A stretch of DNA of 64,000 bases from an uncultured Acidobacteriota bacterium (GTDB lineage Bacteria > Acidobacteriota > Terriglobia > UBA7540): assembly GCA_963804995.1 (NCBI GenBank), contig CAWDSK010000005.1, forward strand, positions 704,001 through 768,000, given 5' to 3'. The notes under the pieces were generated by a model. It searched no databases. It was not told the origin of the DNA and worked only from the letters and a program-made list of their open reading frames with translations. The position numbers and the translations under genes are program-made. Shown here piece by piece: positions 10,698-20,688 of this stretch. The first letter of the stretch is position 1. Every line of letters starts with the position of its first letter.

Positions 10698-11758
10698 GCG
10701 GAGTGCTGACTTTCACCGTAGCCTTTGCAACCTCCTGGGGTTTGACACTTCCCATACGGCGGATGGCTCTCCACTGGGGGTTGGTTGACCACCCAAGCCC
10801 GCGCAAGATTCATCGCACCCCGATTCCGTTGTTCGGGGGAATTGCCATTTACTGCGGTACGGTCCTGGCCATCACTTTGTTTGTGGACAGCCGGGCGCGT
10901 GGCCAGATCTTTGGCATTCTTGCCGCTTCGACACTCTTGTTGATCGTGGGCATTCTCGATGACCGCAAGCTGCTGCACCATCAAATCAAGTTATTTGTCG
11001 CCATGCCCCTGGCAGCCTTGACGCTTGTGGCTTTGGGAGTCACAACGCACGTGGGATCGGCCCTTCTACCGGGGCCTGTTGGAGCGGCCCTTGACATAGC
11101 GCTTACACTGCTCTGGGTTGTTGGCATCACCGCCGCCTACAACATTTTCGATCACATGGACGGTCTCGCCAGCGGCATTGCTGCCATGGCCTCGCTGTTT
11201 TTCACGTTGCTGGCGATCCGGGAAGGTCAGGTTCTGGTAGCGACTTTGGGGGCTGCGGTTCTTGGCGCCTCGCTGGGGTTTCTGGGATGGAATTTTAACC
11301 CTGCCAAGATTTTCATGGGAGACGGCGGTGCCATGTTTCTGGGCTTCATGGTGGCAACCTTAGGGCTCAAGCTGCGCCTCGAAGACGTGCCGGAAGCCAC
11401 CAGTTGGATGATTCCGGTGCTGCTTTTGATTGTCCCCATTTTCGATACCACGCTGGTTGTGATTTCTCGATCCCGTCGCAGATTGATTCCCTTTGCTTCG
11501 CCCGGTAAGGACCACACTGCCCACCGTCTGGCGAATGTGGGCTTGGGACAGCGCGGCGCCGTCCTGGTGCTTTATGCCGTGGGAGCTGGTTCTGGTCTCG
11601 TGGCCTGGCTGGTTTGCCGTCTATCCGTGGCCGCTGCTTACGTTGTCGCAGGTGTGGTGACGTTAGCTGTTCTGGCCGCGCTTGTGGCACTTCGAGCGGT
11701 TTCCCTACGAGCCCCAAAGCAGGCCTGGGACCGCGACGTAGGGTTTGTTCGGTTGTAG
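10691..11758 (+). CDS. MraY/WecA family undecaprenyl-phosphate sugar-1-phosphate transferase
   Basis: Polytopic membrane protein; RKIHRTPIP, GILDD, NIFDHMDGL, IFMGDGG, GKDHTAHRL; possible +1 frameshift near 11691 affecting the C-terminus. Confidence 0.9.
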   Translation: MLGGVLTFTVAFATSWGLTLPIRRMALHWGLVDHPSPRKIHRTPIPLFGGIAIYCGTVLAITLFVDSRARGQIFGILAASTLLLIVGILDDRKLLHHQIKLFVAMPLAALTLVALGVTTHVGSALLPGPVGAALDIALTLLWVVGITAAYNIFDHMDGLASGIAAMASLFFTLLAIREGQVLVATLGAAVLGASLGFLGWNFNPAKIFMGDGGAMFLGFMVATLGLKLRLEDVPEATSWMIPVLLLIVPIFDTTLVVISRSRRRLIPFASPGKDHTAHRLANVGLGQRGAVLVLYAVGAGSGLVAWLVCRLSVAAAYVVAGVVTLAVLAALVALRAVSLRAPKQAWDRDVGFVRL

Positions 11759-11892
11759 CGATAGTCTCCCTAGCACCCCCAAGAGTGGGGTATACTGTGG
11801 CGGCTAAATTGCCCCCGGGATAGGAAATTGGATGGCAAATGATTTCGAACTTGGCCGCTCATCTGACGGCGGACATTTTTGCATGAGGATGC

Positions 11893-13071
11893 GTGGCTAG
11901 GCTCCAACGAACCCCTCACCAAATTGCGATTGTTGGCGGATCGGCTGCTGGCCTTTTTACCGCCTATTTGCTGGCCCGCGCCGGACGCGAGGTGCAGGTC
12001 TTTGAGGGCCAGGACCAGCTCGATTCGGCCTCGCGCACTCTGATTGTTACCGATCGAATGCGCGAGACCCTGGGTGGGCTGGGCGAAAAGGCAGTCGTCA
12101 ACGAGATCCGGCAATTTGAGTTATTCACGGACGGACGAGCGGCCCAAATCGCGCTCCGCCGCCCTGATCTTGTTATTGAGCGCAGCACGCTTATCAATGA
12201 ACTGGCCGGCGCGGCCCAAGGGGCGGGAGCCCGCGTTTTGTTCGGCCGAAAACTCCTCTCTCTCCACGGACAAGACCACAGTTTGACGCTGCGCATGGGC
12301 CGCAGCCAGGGTGGCGGCACGGAGGAGGCGCAGTTCCGCATCGTGGTGGGCGCAGACGGAGCTGGCAGCCGAGTGGCTCAGGCAGCGGGCTGGCGCAAAC
12401 AGCGTACAGTCCCGTTGGTACAGACGGTTGTTGACTTACCCCCCGGAATGCCCCCCAGCACAGTTCGGGTTTGGTTTGTTCCCGATGACACGCCTTATTT
12501 CTACTGGCTCATTCCCCACTCACCCACGCAGGCCGTAGTAGGTCTCATCGGTGAACACGCGTCGGAGACAAGGTTGGCGCTGGAACGCTTCATGGAGAAG
12601 CACCACCTCAATCCCCTGGAATACCAGGGGGCCAGGATCCCCGTCTATACCGGTTGGATTCCGGTTCGCCGTCAGTTGACGGGTGGCGACGTTTACCTGG
12701 TTGGGGATGCTGCCGGCCACGTCAAGGTCACGACGGTGGGTGGAATTGTCACCGGCTTCCGCGGAGCTATCGGAGTTTCGGAGGCCATTCTGAACGGCGG
12801 GTCCAGCCGCAAGCTCGGTGCCCTGCGACGCGAGCTGAATACCCACCTGCTGATCCGCAAGCTGATTCACGGTTTCAATCAGGCTGATTACTCGCGTTTA
12901 GTAGATCTCTTGAATGCCCGCACTCGCAAGGATTTGGCCTCTCACACGCGTGATGAGCCCGGCGGCGTGCTACTGCGCCTCTGCCTCCACCAGCCGCGCT
13001 TGTTACTGCTGGGTCTGCGTGCCTTGATCAGTGGCGCCAGCTTCCCCGGCCCGTCCCCCACGGGCGTGTAA
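11893..13071 (+). CDS. FAD-dependent oxidoreductase, geranylgeranyl reductase-like
   Basis: IVGGSAAGL, GADGAGS, VGDAAG...GGI. Confidence 0.75.
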   Translation: MARLQRTPHQIAIVGGSAAGLFTAYLLARAGREVQVFEGQDQLDSASRTLIVTDRMRETLGGLGEKAVVNEIRQFELFTDGRAAQIALRRPDLVIERSTLINELAGAAQGAGARVLFGRKLLSLHGQDHSLTLRMGRSQGGGTEEAQFRIVVGADGAGSRVAQAAGWRKQRTVPLVQTVVDLPPGMPPSTVRVWFVPDDTPYFYWLIPHSPTQAVVGLIGEHASETRLALERFMEKHHLNPLEYQGARIPVYTGWIPVRRQLTGGDVYLVGDAAGHVKVTTVGGIVTGFRGAIGVSEAILNGGSSRKLGALRRELNTHLLIRKLIHGFNQADYSRLVDLLNARTRKDLASHTRDEPGGVLLRLCLHQPRLLLLGLRALISGASFPGPSPTGV

Positions 13072-13462
13072 CCCTGCCACGTTTTTTCCCATTCGCTGCC
13101 AATCAGACCACCAGGTACTTTCAGACCGGTAACTGCGGAAGTACTGTACAACCATCGTGTAGCTATGCTATATCGTGAAATGAATATCAGGGCACTTTGG
13201 GAAGTTTAGAGTCCGCAAAAAAGGTCTGTTGGAAAACTGAACATGCTGCCAGGTACACGCACTCTATTCCTGGGGGCATAGCGTCCGGCGAACCCTGAGT
13301 GGAGGAACTTGCCACGTGCGTTCACTGGGCAGCGGAGCCGTGCCGTCATTCTCTATTTCCGGCATTGGATTTCAAATTTTGGATTGAAACAGGAGGGGCT
13401 CAGTATTGATCGCGCCATTGGTTCCGCCGGAGCACTTGCGCTACGGCGCGGGCTCCACCTGA

Positions 13463-14365
13463 ATGCGGAAGATTGACCGCCTCGTGTGGGCGGAGGGACT
13501 GTGCTTCGAATCCTACGGCGTGAAGATCGGGATTCGTTCGAGCCAACCTGGCGTAATGGACCGGCTCCGACCGTTTCTGCCGCCACGCTGGGAAGCGATC
13601 GAACCGCCGCGCCGTCTCGATGCGCTCTACTCCTGGGTGGTAGGCGGTGAGCGCAAGCCCAAGGTGCGAACTTTCGACGTGATGTACGCGGGCGTGGGCC
13701 GGATCGCGCGGACGCTCAAGCCCGAGGAACTGTTCGAGACGTTTGAAGCGAACTTGCGGTTGACGGTCGCCCTGCTTTCGCGGCGCTTCGTGTTCATCCA
13801 TGCGGGTGCGGTCGGCTGGCGTGGGCGCGCCATCCTGATACCCGGGCGCAGCTTCACCGGCAAGTCGACCCTGGTCGAGGCGTTGGTGCGTGGGGGCGCT
13901 GAATACTTTTCGGACGAATATGCGATGTTGGATAGAAGCGGGCGTGTGCATCCCTTTCCCAAGCCGATTTCGGTCCGGATGCCGGTAACGCTCCGGCAGG
14001 AACCTCGCACCCTGGAAGAGGTCGGCGGCCGGGCTGCCGAATGCGCCATGAAGGTCGGCGCCATACTCGTCACCCGTCACCGTAAGGGTGCACGGTCGCG
14101 CTTTCGCAGGGCCTCACCCGCCCAAGGTGCCCTTGATCTTGTTGCGAACGCGGTGGCGGCACGCTGGGCTCCGGCGCGCGTGCTGCGTGCCACCTGCAAG
14201 GCGAGCGCAGACGCTATGGTGCTCCGCGGCCCGCGCGGCGAAGCGGAAGAAGCAGTGGAACGGTTGTTCGCGATTCTGGACTGGCGAGAAGCAGTACACA
14301 TCAAATCCCCCTCAGGATGTGTTTATGACCTCACAGAAAAATATGCCTGGGCGGCCCAAGGCTAG
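13463..14365 (+). CDS. HPr kinase-related P-loop protein
   Basis: IHAGAV, Walker A GRSFTGKSTL, YFSDE; adjacent to PqqD gene. Confidence 0.75.
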   Translation: MRKIDRLVWAEGLCFESYGVKIGIRSSQPGVMDRLRPFLPPRWEAIEPPRRLDALYSWVVGGERKPKVRTFDVMYAGVGRIARTLKPEELFETFEANLRLTVALLSRRFVFIHAGAVGWRGRAILIPGRSFTGKSTLVEALVRGGAEYFSDEYAMLDRSGRVHPFPKPISVRMPVTLRQEPRTLEEVGGRAAECAMKVGAILVTRHRKGARSRFRRASPAQGALDLVANAVAARWAPARVLRATCKASADAMVLRGPRGEAEEAVERLFAILDWREAVHIKSPSGCVYDLTEKYAWAAQG

Positions 14366-14858
14366 GACCAAGGGCCTGATCGTCGAAGAAGCTGGGAGTG
14401 AGCTGTTGGTTTATGATCGTAACAATGATCACGTCCATTCTCTGAACGGTCCTGCCGCCCGCATCTGGAGGCTCTGCACCGGCAGACGCACGGTGGAACA
14501 GATTGCCTCGGAGCTCGATATCCCTCTCGACCCCGCCGAGCGGAAGCTGGTGGTCCGCGACGCCATTACAAAATTCGAACGTCTGGGTTTGGTTGATGCC
14601 GCCGAGGGCGCGCCTGCCAATCCGTCGCGTCGGATGTGGGCTCGACGAATCAGCATTGGCGTGGCGGCGGGGGTGGCCCTGCCGCTAGTGACTTCCATCA
14701 TTGCGCCCACCTCTGCGTACGCGGCTAGCAAGCTAGGGACTGGCGCCACATGTTCTACGAGCACGCAATGCGCGTCGGGGTGCTGCTGCTCGAACAACAG
14801 TACTGGTCATCACTTCCAATGTGAGACGTCAGCGGTCTGCGGTGGTTCCTGTGAATAG
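14325..14858 (+). CDS. PqqD/RRE domain fused to an RR-containing signal-like segment and an 8-Cys peptide
   Basis: ATG 14325 after CAGGA; ELLVYD...HSLNGPAARIWRLCTG (PqqD-like), then SRR...VALPLVTSIIAPTSAYAAS, then Cys-rich tail. Confidence 0.75.
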   Translation: MTSQKNMPGRPKARTKGLIVEEAGSELLVYDRNNDHVHSLNGPAARIWRLCTGRRTVEQIASELDIPLDPAERKLVVRDAITKFERLGLVDAAEGAPANPSRRMWARRISIGVAAGVALPLVTSIIAPTSAYAASKLGTGATCSTSTQCASGCCCSNNSTGHHFQCETSAVCGGSCE

Positions 14859-14939
14859 GGATAGCTAGAGTTGGTATTTTTCCCATCCGCACTCGACGGC
14901 CTCTTGCCCTCTTGGTTCGGTCGCGCGATAAAAATGCAA

Positions 14940-14964
14940 AGGGTACGGCAAGCCGTACCCCTAC
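14940..14964. repeat. GTAG-type REP hairpin, possible terminator between convergent genes
   Basis: GGGTACGGC-AA-GCCGTACCC stem followed by CTAC. Confidence 0.55.
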
Positions 14965-15007
14965 GACTAGGGTGGCAGCGCCGATTCGGCAGATCAAAGC
15001 AGTGGAC

Positions 15008-16189
15008 TTATCCGTCTTGATCCGCGTTGATCTGCGGCCCGAACTGATTTTCGCTTGACCCTCGCCGCCTAGTCAGTTTTTCCCAGCCCGCTTGCAGCGA
15101 CCACCGCATCACGCTCCAAGCGATCCGCAACGGCCGCAGCGGGTAATAGAGGAAGAAGAGGAAACGCGGCAGGTGGATGAATCCCCAGTCCGCCAGCGTA
15201 GGCACAAACAGGCGGATAGCGGCAAAGCGCAGCCTTTCGGAAAGCGTCGGGAGCAATCGCGCCGAGAAGGCGATTTCGCTCGGTACCTGGAGAGACGCGA
15301 ACCCCTCGAGCGTCCGCGGGATTCGAGGCGCAAAGCCCGGGGGAGCGGGCGTGCCAAGTTGAGCGCTACAGGCGCCCAAGCTCAACTCGACGGCGTCGAC
15401 CCATCCCAAAGCCTGGGCCTTCTGCTTGACGATTTCCCAGTCGATTCCCCCTCGCGAGCAGAGCGCGTCCAAGTCCACTTGCCACTTCAGTTCGATCCAG
15501 CCGTGCCGGGCGGCGTGTACAGCCAGGTAAAGGAATTCCCACTCGGGGCTGAGCGCTAAGGTGGGACATCCGAAGAAGTTTACGGGGCGAGCCTCTCGCC
15601 AGACCTCACCGATCAGTTTCTCTTCGAGTCGTCCTCCCCAGACGAGGCCCCAGTGCAGTTCCAGCATAGCCTGACTTTCCTTGCCCATCAGGGTCCAGTC
15701 CTTGCCGTAGCGGAGCGTGAGGTCTTTGAAGAGGGGTGGACTCGAGTCGGGCCGGTATCCCGAAGCCCTCACGATCTCAAGGGCCTCGCGAGCGCGCTCC
15801 GGCTGAACCAGGATATCGAGGTCGCCCGTGAGGCGGAGAGAGACGTCGCCATAGAGCTCCTCGGCCAACGCGACGCCCTTGAGCGGGATTGCCGAAATTC
15901 CAGCCTTGCCCAGCAAGCGCAGCAGTCGGGCCAGCTCCTGGGCCAGCCGCAGGCTGCGGTTTCGATTGGCGTGCGAATCCCTCTGGAGCTTCAGGCGAAT
16001 CGGGTCAGGGACGCCCGGGAAACCCAAGAGATGGTGAGTGACCAGAGGCGACACCCGGTGAGCCTGCACGCGCTCGAGAAACTGGCCCCACCCGAGCGGC
16101 CCCGCCAGGATGTCGCGGGCGCGCCGCTCATCTTCCGGTGAGGGCCGCACCCGCGCCAACAGCAGGCACAACTGATCTTCCCGCGTCAT
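15008..16189 (-). CDS. Nucleotidyltransferase family protein (NTP_transf_5-like)
   Basis: LKGVALAEELYG...R..GDLDILV, ELHW, LAVHAARHGW. Confidence 0.85.
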   Translation of the reverse strand: MTREDQLCLLLARVRPSPEDERRARDILAGPLGWGQFLERVQAHRVSPLVTHHLLGFPGVPDPIRLKLQRDSHANRNRSLRLAQELARLLRLLGKAGISAIPLKGVALAEELYGDVSLRLTGDLDILVQPERAREALEIVRASGYRPDSSPPLFKDLTLRYGKDWTLMGKESQAMLELHWGLVWGGRLEEKLIGEVWREARPVNFFGCPTLALSPEWEFLYLAVHAARHGWIELKWQVDLDALCSRGGIDWEIVKQKAQALGWVDAVELSLGACSAQLGTPAPPGFAPRIPRTLEGFASLQVPSEIAFSARLLPTLSERLRFAAIRLFVPTLADWGFIHLPRFLFFLYYPLRPLRIAWSVMRWSLQAGWEKLTRRRGSSENQFGPQINADQDG

Positions 16190-16211
16190 TCTGCCTCAGC
16201 AGTCGCTAGTA

Positions 16212-16316
16212 AGGGCACGCCATCCCGATCAAAACCATCGGGACAGGTGGCGTGCCCCTAAATCCCAGCCTTCTCCCAGGGGAGAAGGTGGCCGACGTAG
16301 GAGGACGGATGAGGGG
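16212..16316. repeat. Two adjacent REP-like hairpins
   Basis: GGGCACGCCA...TGGCGTGCCC and CCTTCTCCC-AG-GGGGAGAAGG...GGATGAGGGG. Confidence 0.6.
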
Positions 16317-16545
16317 TTACTTACACGCGCGGGGCGTCGGAACAATTTTCAACTTATAAATTCAAAATCCCTAAGCCCGCCTCTACGTCAAATTGATCCA
16401 CCTAGTCACCCGCGAATAATAACGGATATTGAGCACCACCGTTCCGCGGCGCAACGGTTTATTATTGTCCTCCATAATGCGTGAGAATGAACCCGCAATT
16501 CTCACGAAATCTGGAAGGTCGATAAAAAAATCGCAGGGCCGACCT

Positions 16546-16672
16546 CTAGCAGGCTGATGAAAAACGATGTAGCGGCGGGTTTACCCCGCCATCCCTGTTG
16601 AAATCGTTGGAGATATGGCGGGGTAAACCCGCCGCTACGTCGCACTGCGAGGGTTTTTCAGCAGCCCGCTAG
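16546..16672. mobile_element. MITE with CTAG-bounded terminal inverted repeats and an internal GTAG REP hairpin
   Basis: Left CTAGCAGGCTGATGAAAAA, right TTTTTCAGCAGCCCGCTAG; internal GTAGCGGCGGGTTTACCCCGCCAT...ATGGCGGGGTAAACCCGCCGCTAC. Confidence 0.7.
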
Positions 16673-16879
16673 TGTGGTGTCCCGAGTTAGAGTTGACAAG
16701 GGGTAGAACCCCCTCACCCGTCTGGCATCGGCTGATGAGAACGCCTCGGCCAGCCACCCTCTCCCCCAAAGGGGCGAGGGCAAGAGAATTAACTCTCCCC
16801 TCGCCCCTTTGGGGGAGAGGGGCTGGGGGGTGAGGGGGTCCGACAGCCTTGTCAAATATTAACCGGGACACCACACTAG
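16669..16879. mobile_element. Second MITE with ~32-bp TIRs, sharing a CTAG with the first
   Basis: CTAGTGTGGTGTCCCGAGTTAGAGTTGACAAG versus CTTGTCAAATATTAACCGGGACACCACACTAG; inverted REP pair inside. Confidence 0.72.
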
Positions 16880-17063
16880 AGCTTGCGCTTGACAAACTCC
16901 CCCTAAGCGCTACAAGCTGCGATCAACATGTCAGAGGGCGTTCGGGCGAAGGCCGTGGGTACTCGATTGTGGAAGCGGGCATTTTGTCCCGTGGAGCGAT
17001 AAGAGGGTTCGCTCGTACTGCTGCAACAATGGAGTTTTTGACGCTTTTGGGGTATGTAAATGT

Positions 17064-17964
17064 GTGGTAATCCGCAGAATCCAAGCTGAGACTTGTCAAA
17101 TTGGATATGATCCCGAGGCTAAACTGAAGGAAAAGGCGCCGCTACTCGTACGGGCTTTCATTTTGCAGGACCGCCTGATGTCCGTGATGGTGCGCGCTTC
17201 CGCCATTATCAGAGATGAGATGCTCTGGGCCTGGACGTTGCCGGAAAGCCGTGAGCGGGCCAACCGAGCGATTTTCGGCCACGCGAGAACCTACTACCCC
17301 GGAGGCTCCACATTCGAAAGGGGCCTCTTCGACTGGGAGCGGGCCGCCATAACCTCTCCCCCTTTTCCACCTTCCGGCCGCATTCTTCTGGGTGGGGCGG
17401 GTGCCGGCCGCGAGCTGGCTGGACTCTGCAAGATGGGATACAAGGTTCTGGCCTTTGAGCCCTCAGCCGCGCTAGCCGAGGCGGCAGTCGCAGTGGCTGC
17501 TCCCTACCCGGAGAGCAAAGTCATCTGCGCCTCCTACCGGGATTCTTGTCCTGGCCGTGGAGAAGGGATCAGGCCCGCTTGTACCCCATGTTTGCCACGG
17601 GGAGTTCGACGGAGTCATTCTGGGCTGGACCAGCATTTGCTACGTGTGGAGACCTGAACGCGAGGCCCTGCTGAAGGCTCTGCGCACCATCGCCCCCCGC
17701 GCCCCGGTCCTGCTCAGCTACTGGTTGACTAGCGATCAATCGGAAGGCAGGCTCGGCAAGGTTCGGGGCTGGATCCGTCGCCTGCTACGCATTACAGGCG
17801 CCCGGACTTTGGCCGAACCCGGCGACGCGTTCTTCCCTTGGACGGGTTTTCTCCAGAGGTTGACGCCGGAGGAACTTCAATCGCTGGCGGATCGGACCGG
17901 TTATCAACCAGCTTACATGAGGAGTCAGCCTGAGCCCCACGCGATCTTTATCCCCTGCCCGTAA
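17064..17964 (+). pseudogene. Class I SAM methyltransferase with a +1 frameshift at ~17544 (possible artefact); start uncertain
   Basis: ILLGGAGAGRE, LAFEPS; ...SYRD continues in +1 frame as LVLAVEKG...FDGVILGWTSI. Confidence 0.65.
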
Positions 17965-18022
17965 CCCCGAGATGCGTCATGACAGATTGTGGACTTCATC
18001 TTGCTTGGCGTATTTCTGGCTA

Positions 18023-18201
18023 GTGGCACGGGCAACCTGCCCCGATGCATCGGGGTCTTGCCCGTGAGGAGACATGGCCAGGATGGCCATGCCACAGGAC
18101 GTGGCACGGGCAACCTGCCCCGATGCATCGGGGTTCTGCCCGTAAGGAGACATGGCCAGGATGGCCATGCCACAGGACGTGGCACGGGCATCTTGCCCGT
18201 G
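18023..18201. repeat. Tandem array, 78-bp period (~2.3 units), of REP palindromes
   Basis: Units start 18023, 18101, 18179; GTGGCACGGGC...GCCCGT and CATGGCCAGGATGGCCATG hairpins. Confidence 0.9.
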
Positions 18202-18477
18202 ACGGGGCGCCGGGGCGCCCGCAAGAAGCCTGGCGGTGCAAACTTCGGCCGTTTGAAACATTAAAATTGGAATCTTGGTTGACACCGCTCAGGGGAAGGG
18301 CTTAGCCTGCTGATAGCTTTTTCGTTTGAAATAAGGATTTCGGTGGCGCCGGAGGTCATGTTACCGTAGGTGGGGCCCGAGTCGGCTGTCCACGGCATAG
18401 TGACAGAGTACTATTTGGAGCTTGGCACGAGGATGCGGAACCTGTCCGCAGTCGAGTTGGGAATAGGGGATTTCTGA

Positions 18478-19407
18478 ATGGAAGTGCAGGACAAACATCG
18501 GCGGTATTTCCGCATTGCCGGCATTACGGTATGTGTAGAAAGCGACCTGGATTTTGACACCGTCAAGTTCAAGCCGGAATTCGCAGCCTTCGCGGTGGAG
18601 GGACCTGGCGATGACAACGTGACGCTGCGCCACGATTTCGACCTGGCCGACATGAAAGACGAAGACTTGGGAACGGAGGTGTACCGCAAAGCGCCGTGGT
18701 CTATCTCCCGCAAAGGCAATACGTGGCACTATCGCAGTATCTGGTCGCCCGAAAATGAACCCGGGCTGCACCACGTTGCGGTTTTTGATGCCCACTACAC
18801 GCACGCCACGATTCGCAGTCCAGCGCGCTGCAAAGGATTGCTTCGCCAAGTGGGTTGGCACTCGCTCTCGCTCTTCCCGACCGATCAGATTTGGCTTGCA
18901 CCCTTGCTCGCGGATCGCAGCGCGGTCTTGCTCCACTCGGCGGGGGTGATACTGAACGGACAGGGTTTGGTCTTTGCCGGTCATTCGGATGCGGGCAAGT
19001 CCACGATGGTGACTATGCTGAAGAGCGCGGCTGGGGCAGCAAATGGCCACTCGCCTTTGAAGGTGGAAATCCTCTGCGACGACCGCAACGTGGTGCGGCG
19101 CTGGAGGGAGGGTTGGCGCGTGCATGGGACTTGGAGCCACGGCGATGTGACGGAAGTGTCAGCGGCGTCCGCGCCCTTGGCGGCAATTCTATTCCTGCAA
19201 CAGGACACGCGCAATGAAGTCGTCCCCATGACTGATCGCAAGGAAATCTGGAAGCGTTTGCTCTCCACGCTCATCAAGCCCATGGTAACCGCTGAGTGGT
19301 GGCAAAAGGAGTTGGACGTACTGGAGCAGATCGTGAGAGATGTGCCGTGCTTCACGATCCACTTTGATAAGAGCGGGGCAATCGCGGAGAACTTGTTGCG
19401 CCTATGA
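18478..19407 (+). CDS. HPr kinase-related P-loop protein (ScmC-like)
   Basis: LHSAGV, Walker A GHSDAGKST, LCDDRN, GTWSHG. Confidence 0.7.
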   Translation: MEVQDKHRRYFRIAGITVCVESDLDFDTVKFKPEFAAFAVEGPGDDNVTLRHDFDLADMKDEDLGTEVYRKAPWSISRKGNTWHYRSIWSPENEPGLHHVAVFDAHYTHATIRSPARCKGLLRQVGWHSLSLFPTDQIWLAPLLADRSAVLLHSAGVILNGQGLVFAGHSDAGKSTMVTMLKSAAGAANGHSPLKVEILCDDRNVVRRWREGWRVHGTWSHGDVTEVSAASAPLAAILFLQQDTRNEVVPMTDRKEIWKRLLSTLIKPMVTAEWWQKELDVLEQIVRDVPCFTIHFDKSGAIAENLLRL

Positions 19408-20567
19408 GCCAATTCGTCCGGCGGGTTAACAAGCTGGAGAAACCTGTTGCCTCGTGCCTCGAGCAGCTCGACATTGAGCTGACCGAGCGGTGCAACAACG
19501 ATTGCATGCACTGTTGCATCAATCAGCCTGCGAACGACGAGGACGCGCGGCGGCGCGAGATGACCACGGCCCAGGTCAAGGACATCCTGGAACAAGCTGT
19601 CAGCCTCGGGTGTCTGCAGGTGCGCTATACGGGCGGCGAACCGCTCCTGCGGCCCGAATTCGAAGAGCTTTACCTGTTCGCGCGGCGGCTCGGAATGAAG
19701 GTGGTGCTGTACACGAACGCACGCCTCATCACGCCCCACCTTTCCGATTTGTTGGCGCGCATCCCTCCTTTGGAGCCAATTGAAATTACGGTGTATGGGA
19801 TGCACCAGGAAACCTATGAGGCGGTGACGCGTGCGCCCGGGTCTTTCCGACAATTCTGGCGGGGCACAAACCTGTTGTTGGAACACAAGGTGCCGTTCAT
19901 CGTCAAGGGCGCCCTTTTGCCTCCAAACAAGCATGAGATCGACGAATTCGAAGCTTGGGCGGCGACGATCCCTTGGATGAGCGAACCGCCCAGCCATGGG
20001 AAGCACTTTGACTTGCGCAACCGCCGGGACGATGTAAACAAGAACCGACTGATTGAGTCGCTGCGCGTGTCTCCCGAAGAGGGACTCGAGGTGTCTTTGC
20101 GCAACAGCGCGAAGCGTCACCCCTGGACGCCGGAGCTGGCGTCGAGATTCCTGCGCCCGCCTGGCGCCCGCCTCTTCGATTGCGGTGCCTGCGCCGGACG
20201 CCACGCCTGTATCGACGCATACGGACGCGCCCAGCCCTGCATGGGTGTCCGCGCACCGGAGTTGACGCGCAATGTTGTGGGGGCTTCAGAAGGCGACCAT
20301 TGTTCCCTGCAAGATGCGCTGGATCAATTCACCCGCTTCGGCGATCTCCGCGCGACAAATCCTGACTATCTCCAGCGCTGTGCGGCGTGTTTTATCAAAG
20401 GCATATGCAGACAGTGCCCAGCCACGTCGTGGGCGGAGAATGGCGGGCTTGATACGCCGGTGGAATACGAGTGTGAAATCGCTCACGCGTGGGCGCGCCA
20501 CTTGGGCTGGCTGGGCGAGAATGAGCACGGATGGGAAGTGATGGATGGGTGGCAGAGGGTGAAGTAG
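19404..20567 (+). CDS. Radical SAM/SPASM peptide maturase 1
   Basis: CNNDCMHC, TGGEPLL, C-terminal CAAC...CRQCP SPASM cysteines. Confidence 0.9.
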   Translation: MSQFVRRVNKLEKPVASCLEQLDIELTERCNNDCMHCCINQPANDEDARRREMTTAQVKDILEQAVSLGCLQVRYTGGEPLLRPEFEELYLFARRLGMKVVLYTNARLITPHLSDLLARIPPLEPIEITVYGMHQETYEAVTRAPGSFRQFWRGTNLLLEHKVPFIVKGALLPPNKHEIDEFEAWAATIPWMSEPPSHGKHFDLRNRRDDVNKNRLIESLRVSPEEGLEVSLRNSAKRHPWTPELASRFLRPPGARLFDCGACAGRHACIDAYGRAQPCMGVRAPELTRNVVGASEGDHCSLQDALDQFTRFGDLRATNPDYLQRCAACFIKGICRQCPATSWAENGGLDTPVEYECEIAHAWARHLGWLGENEHGWEVMDGWQRVK

Positions 20568-20688
20568 TATAATTATGGGTTGTTGACCAATAACGACCGC
20601 CGGTTAAGAATCCTTTGCCCGGCGATCTTGAGAAAGTGACCTGCTGGTCAGGATGCAGGCTGCACTTAGGGAAGAAAAAGGAGACAAA

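Noticed and set aside
13075..13460. Riboswitch or ncRNA upstream of the RiPP genes
   Set aside because: No known aptamer consensus recognised by eye; an Rfam scan would be needed.
18023..18201. Possible CRISPR array
   Set aside because: Whole 78-bp units repeat almost identically with no unique spacers; they are REP palindromes.
18981..20204. 407-aa minus-strand ORF
   Set aside because: Antisense shadow of the kinase and rSAM genes with no motifs; the same applies to 24652-25881 and 48036-48989.
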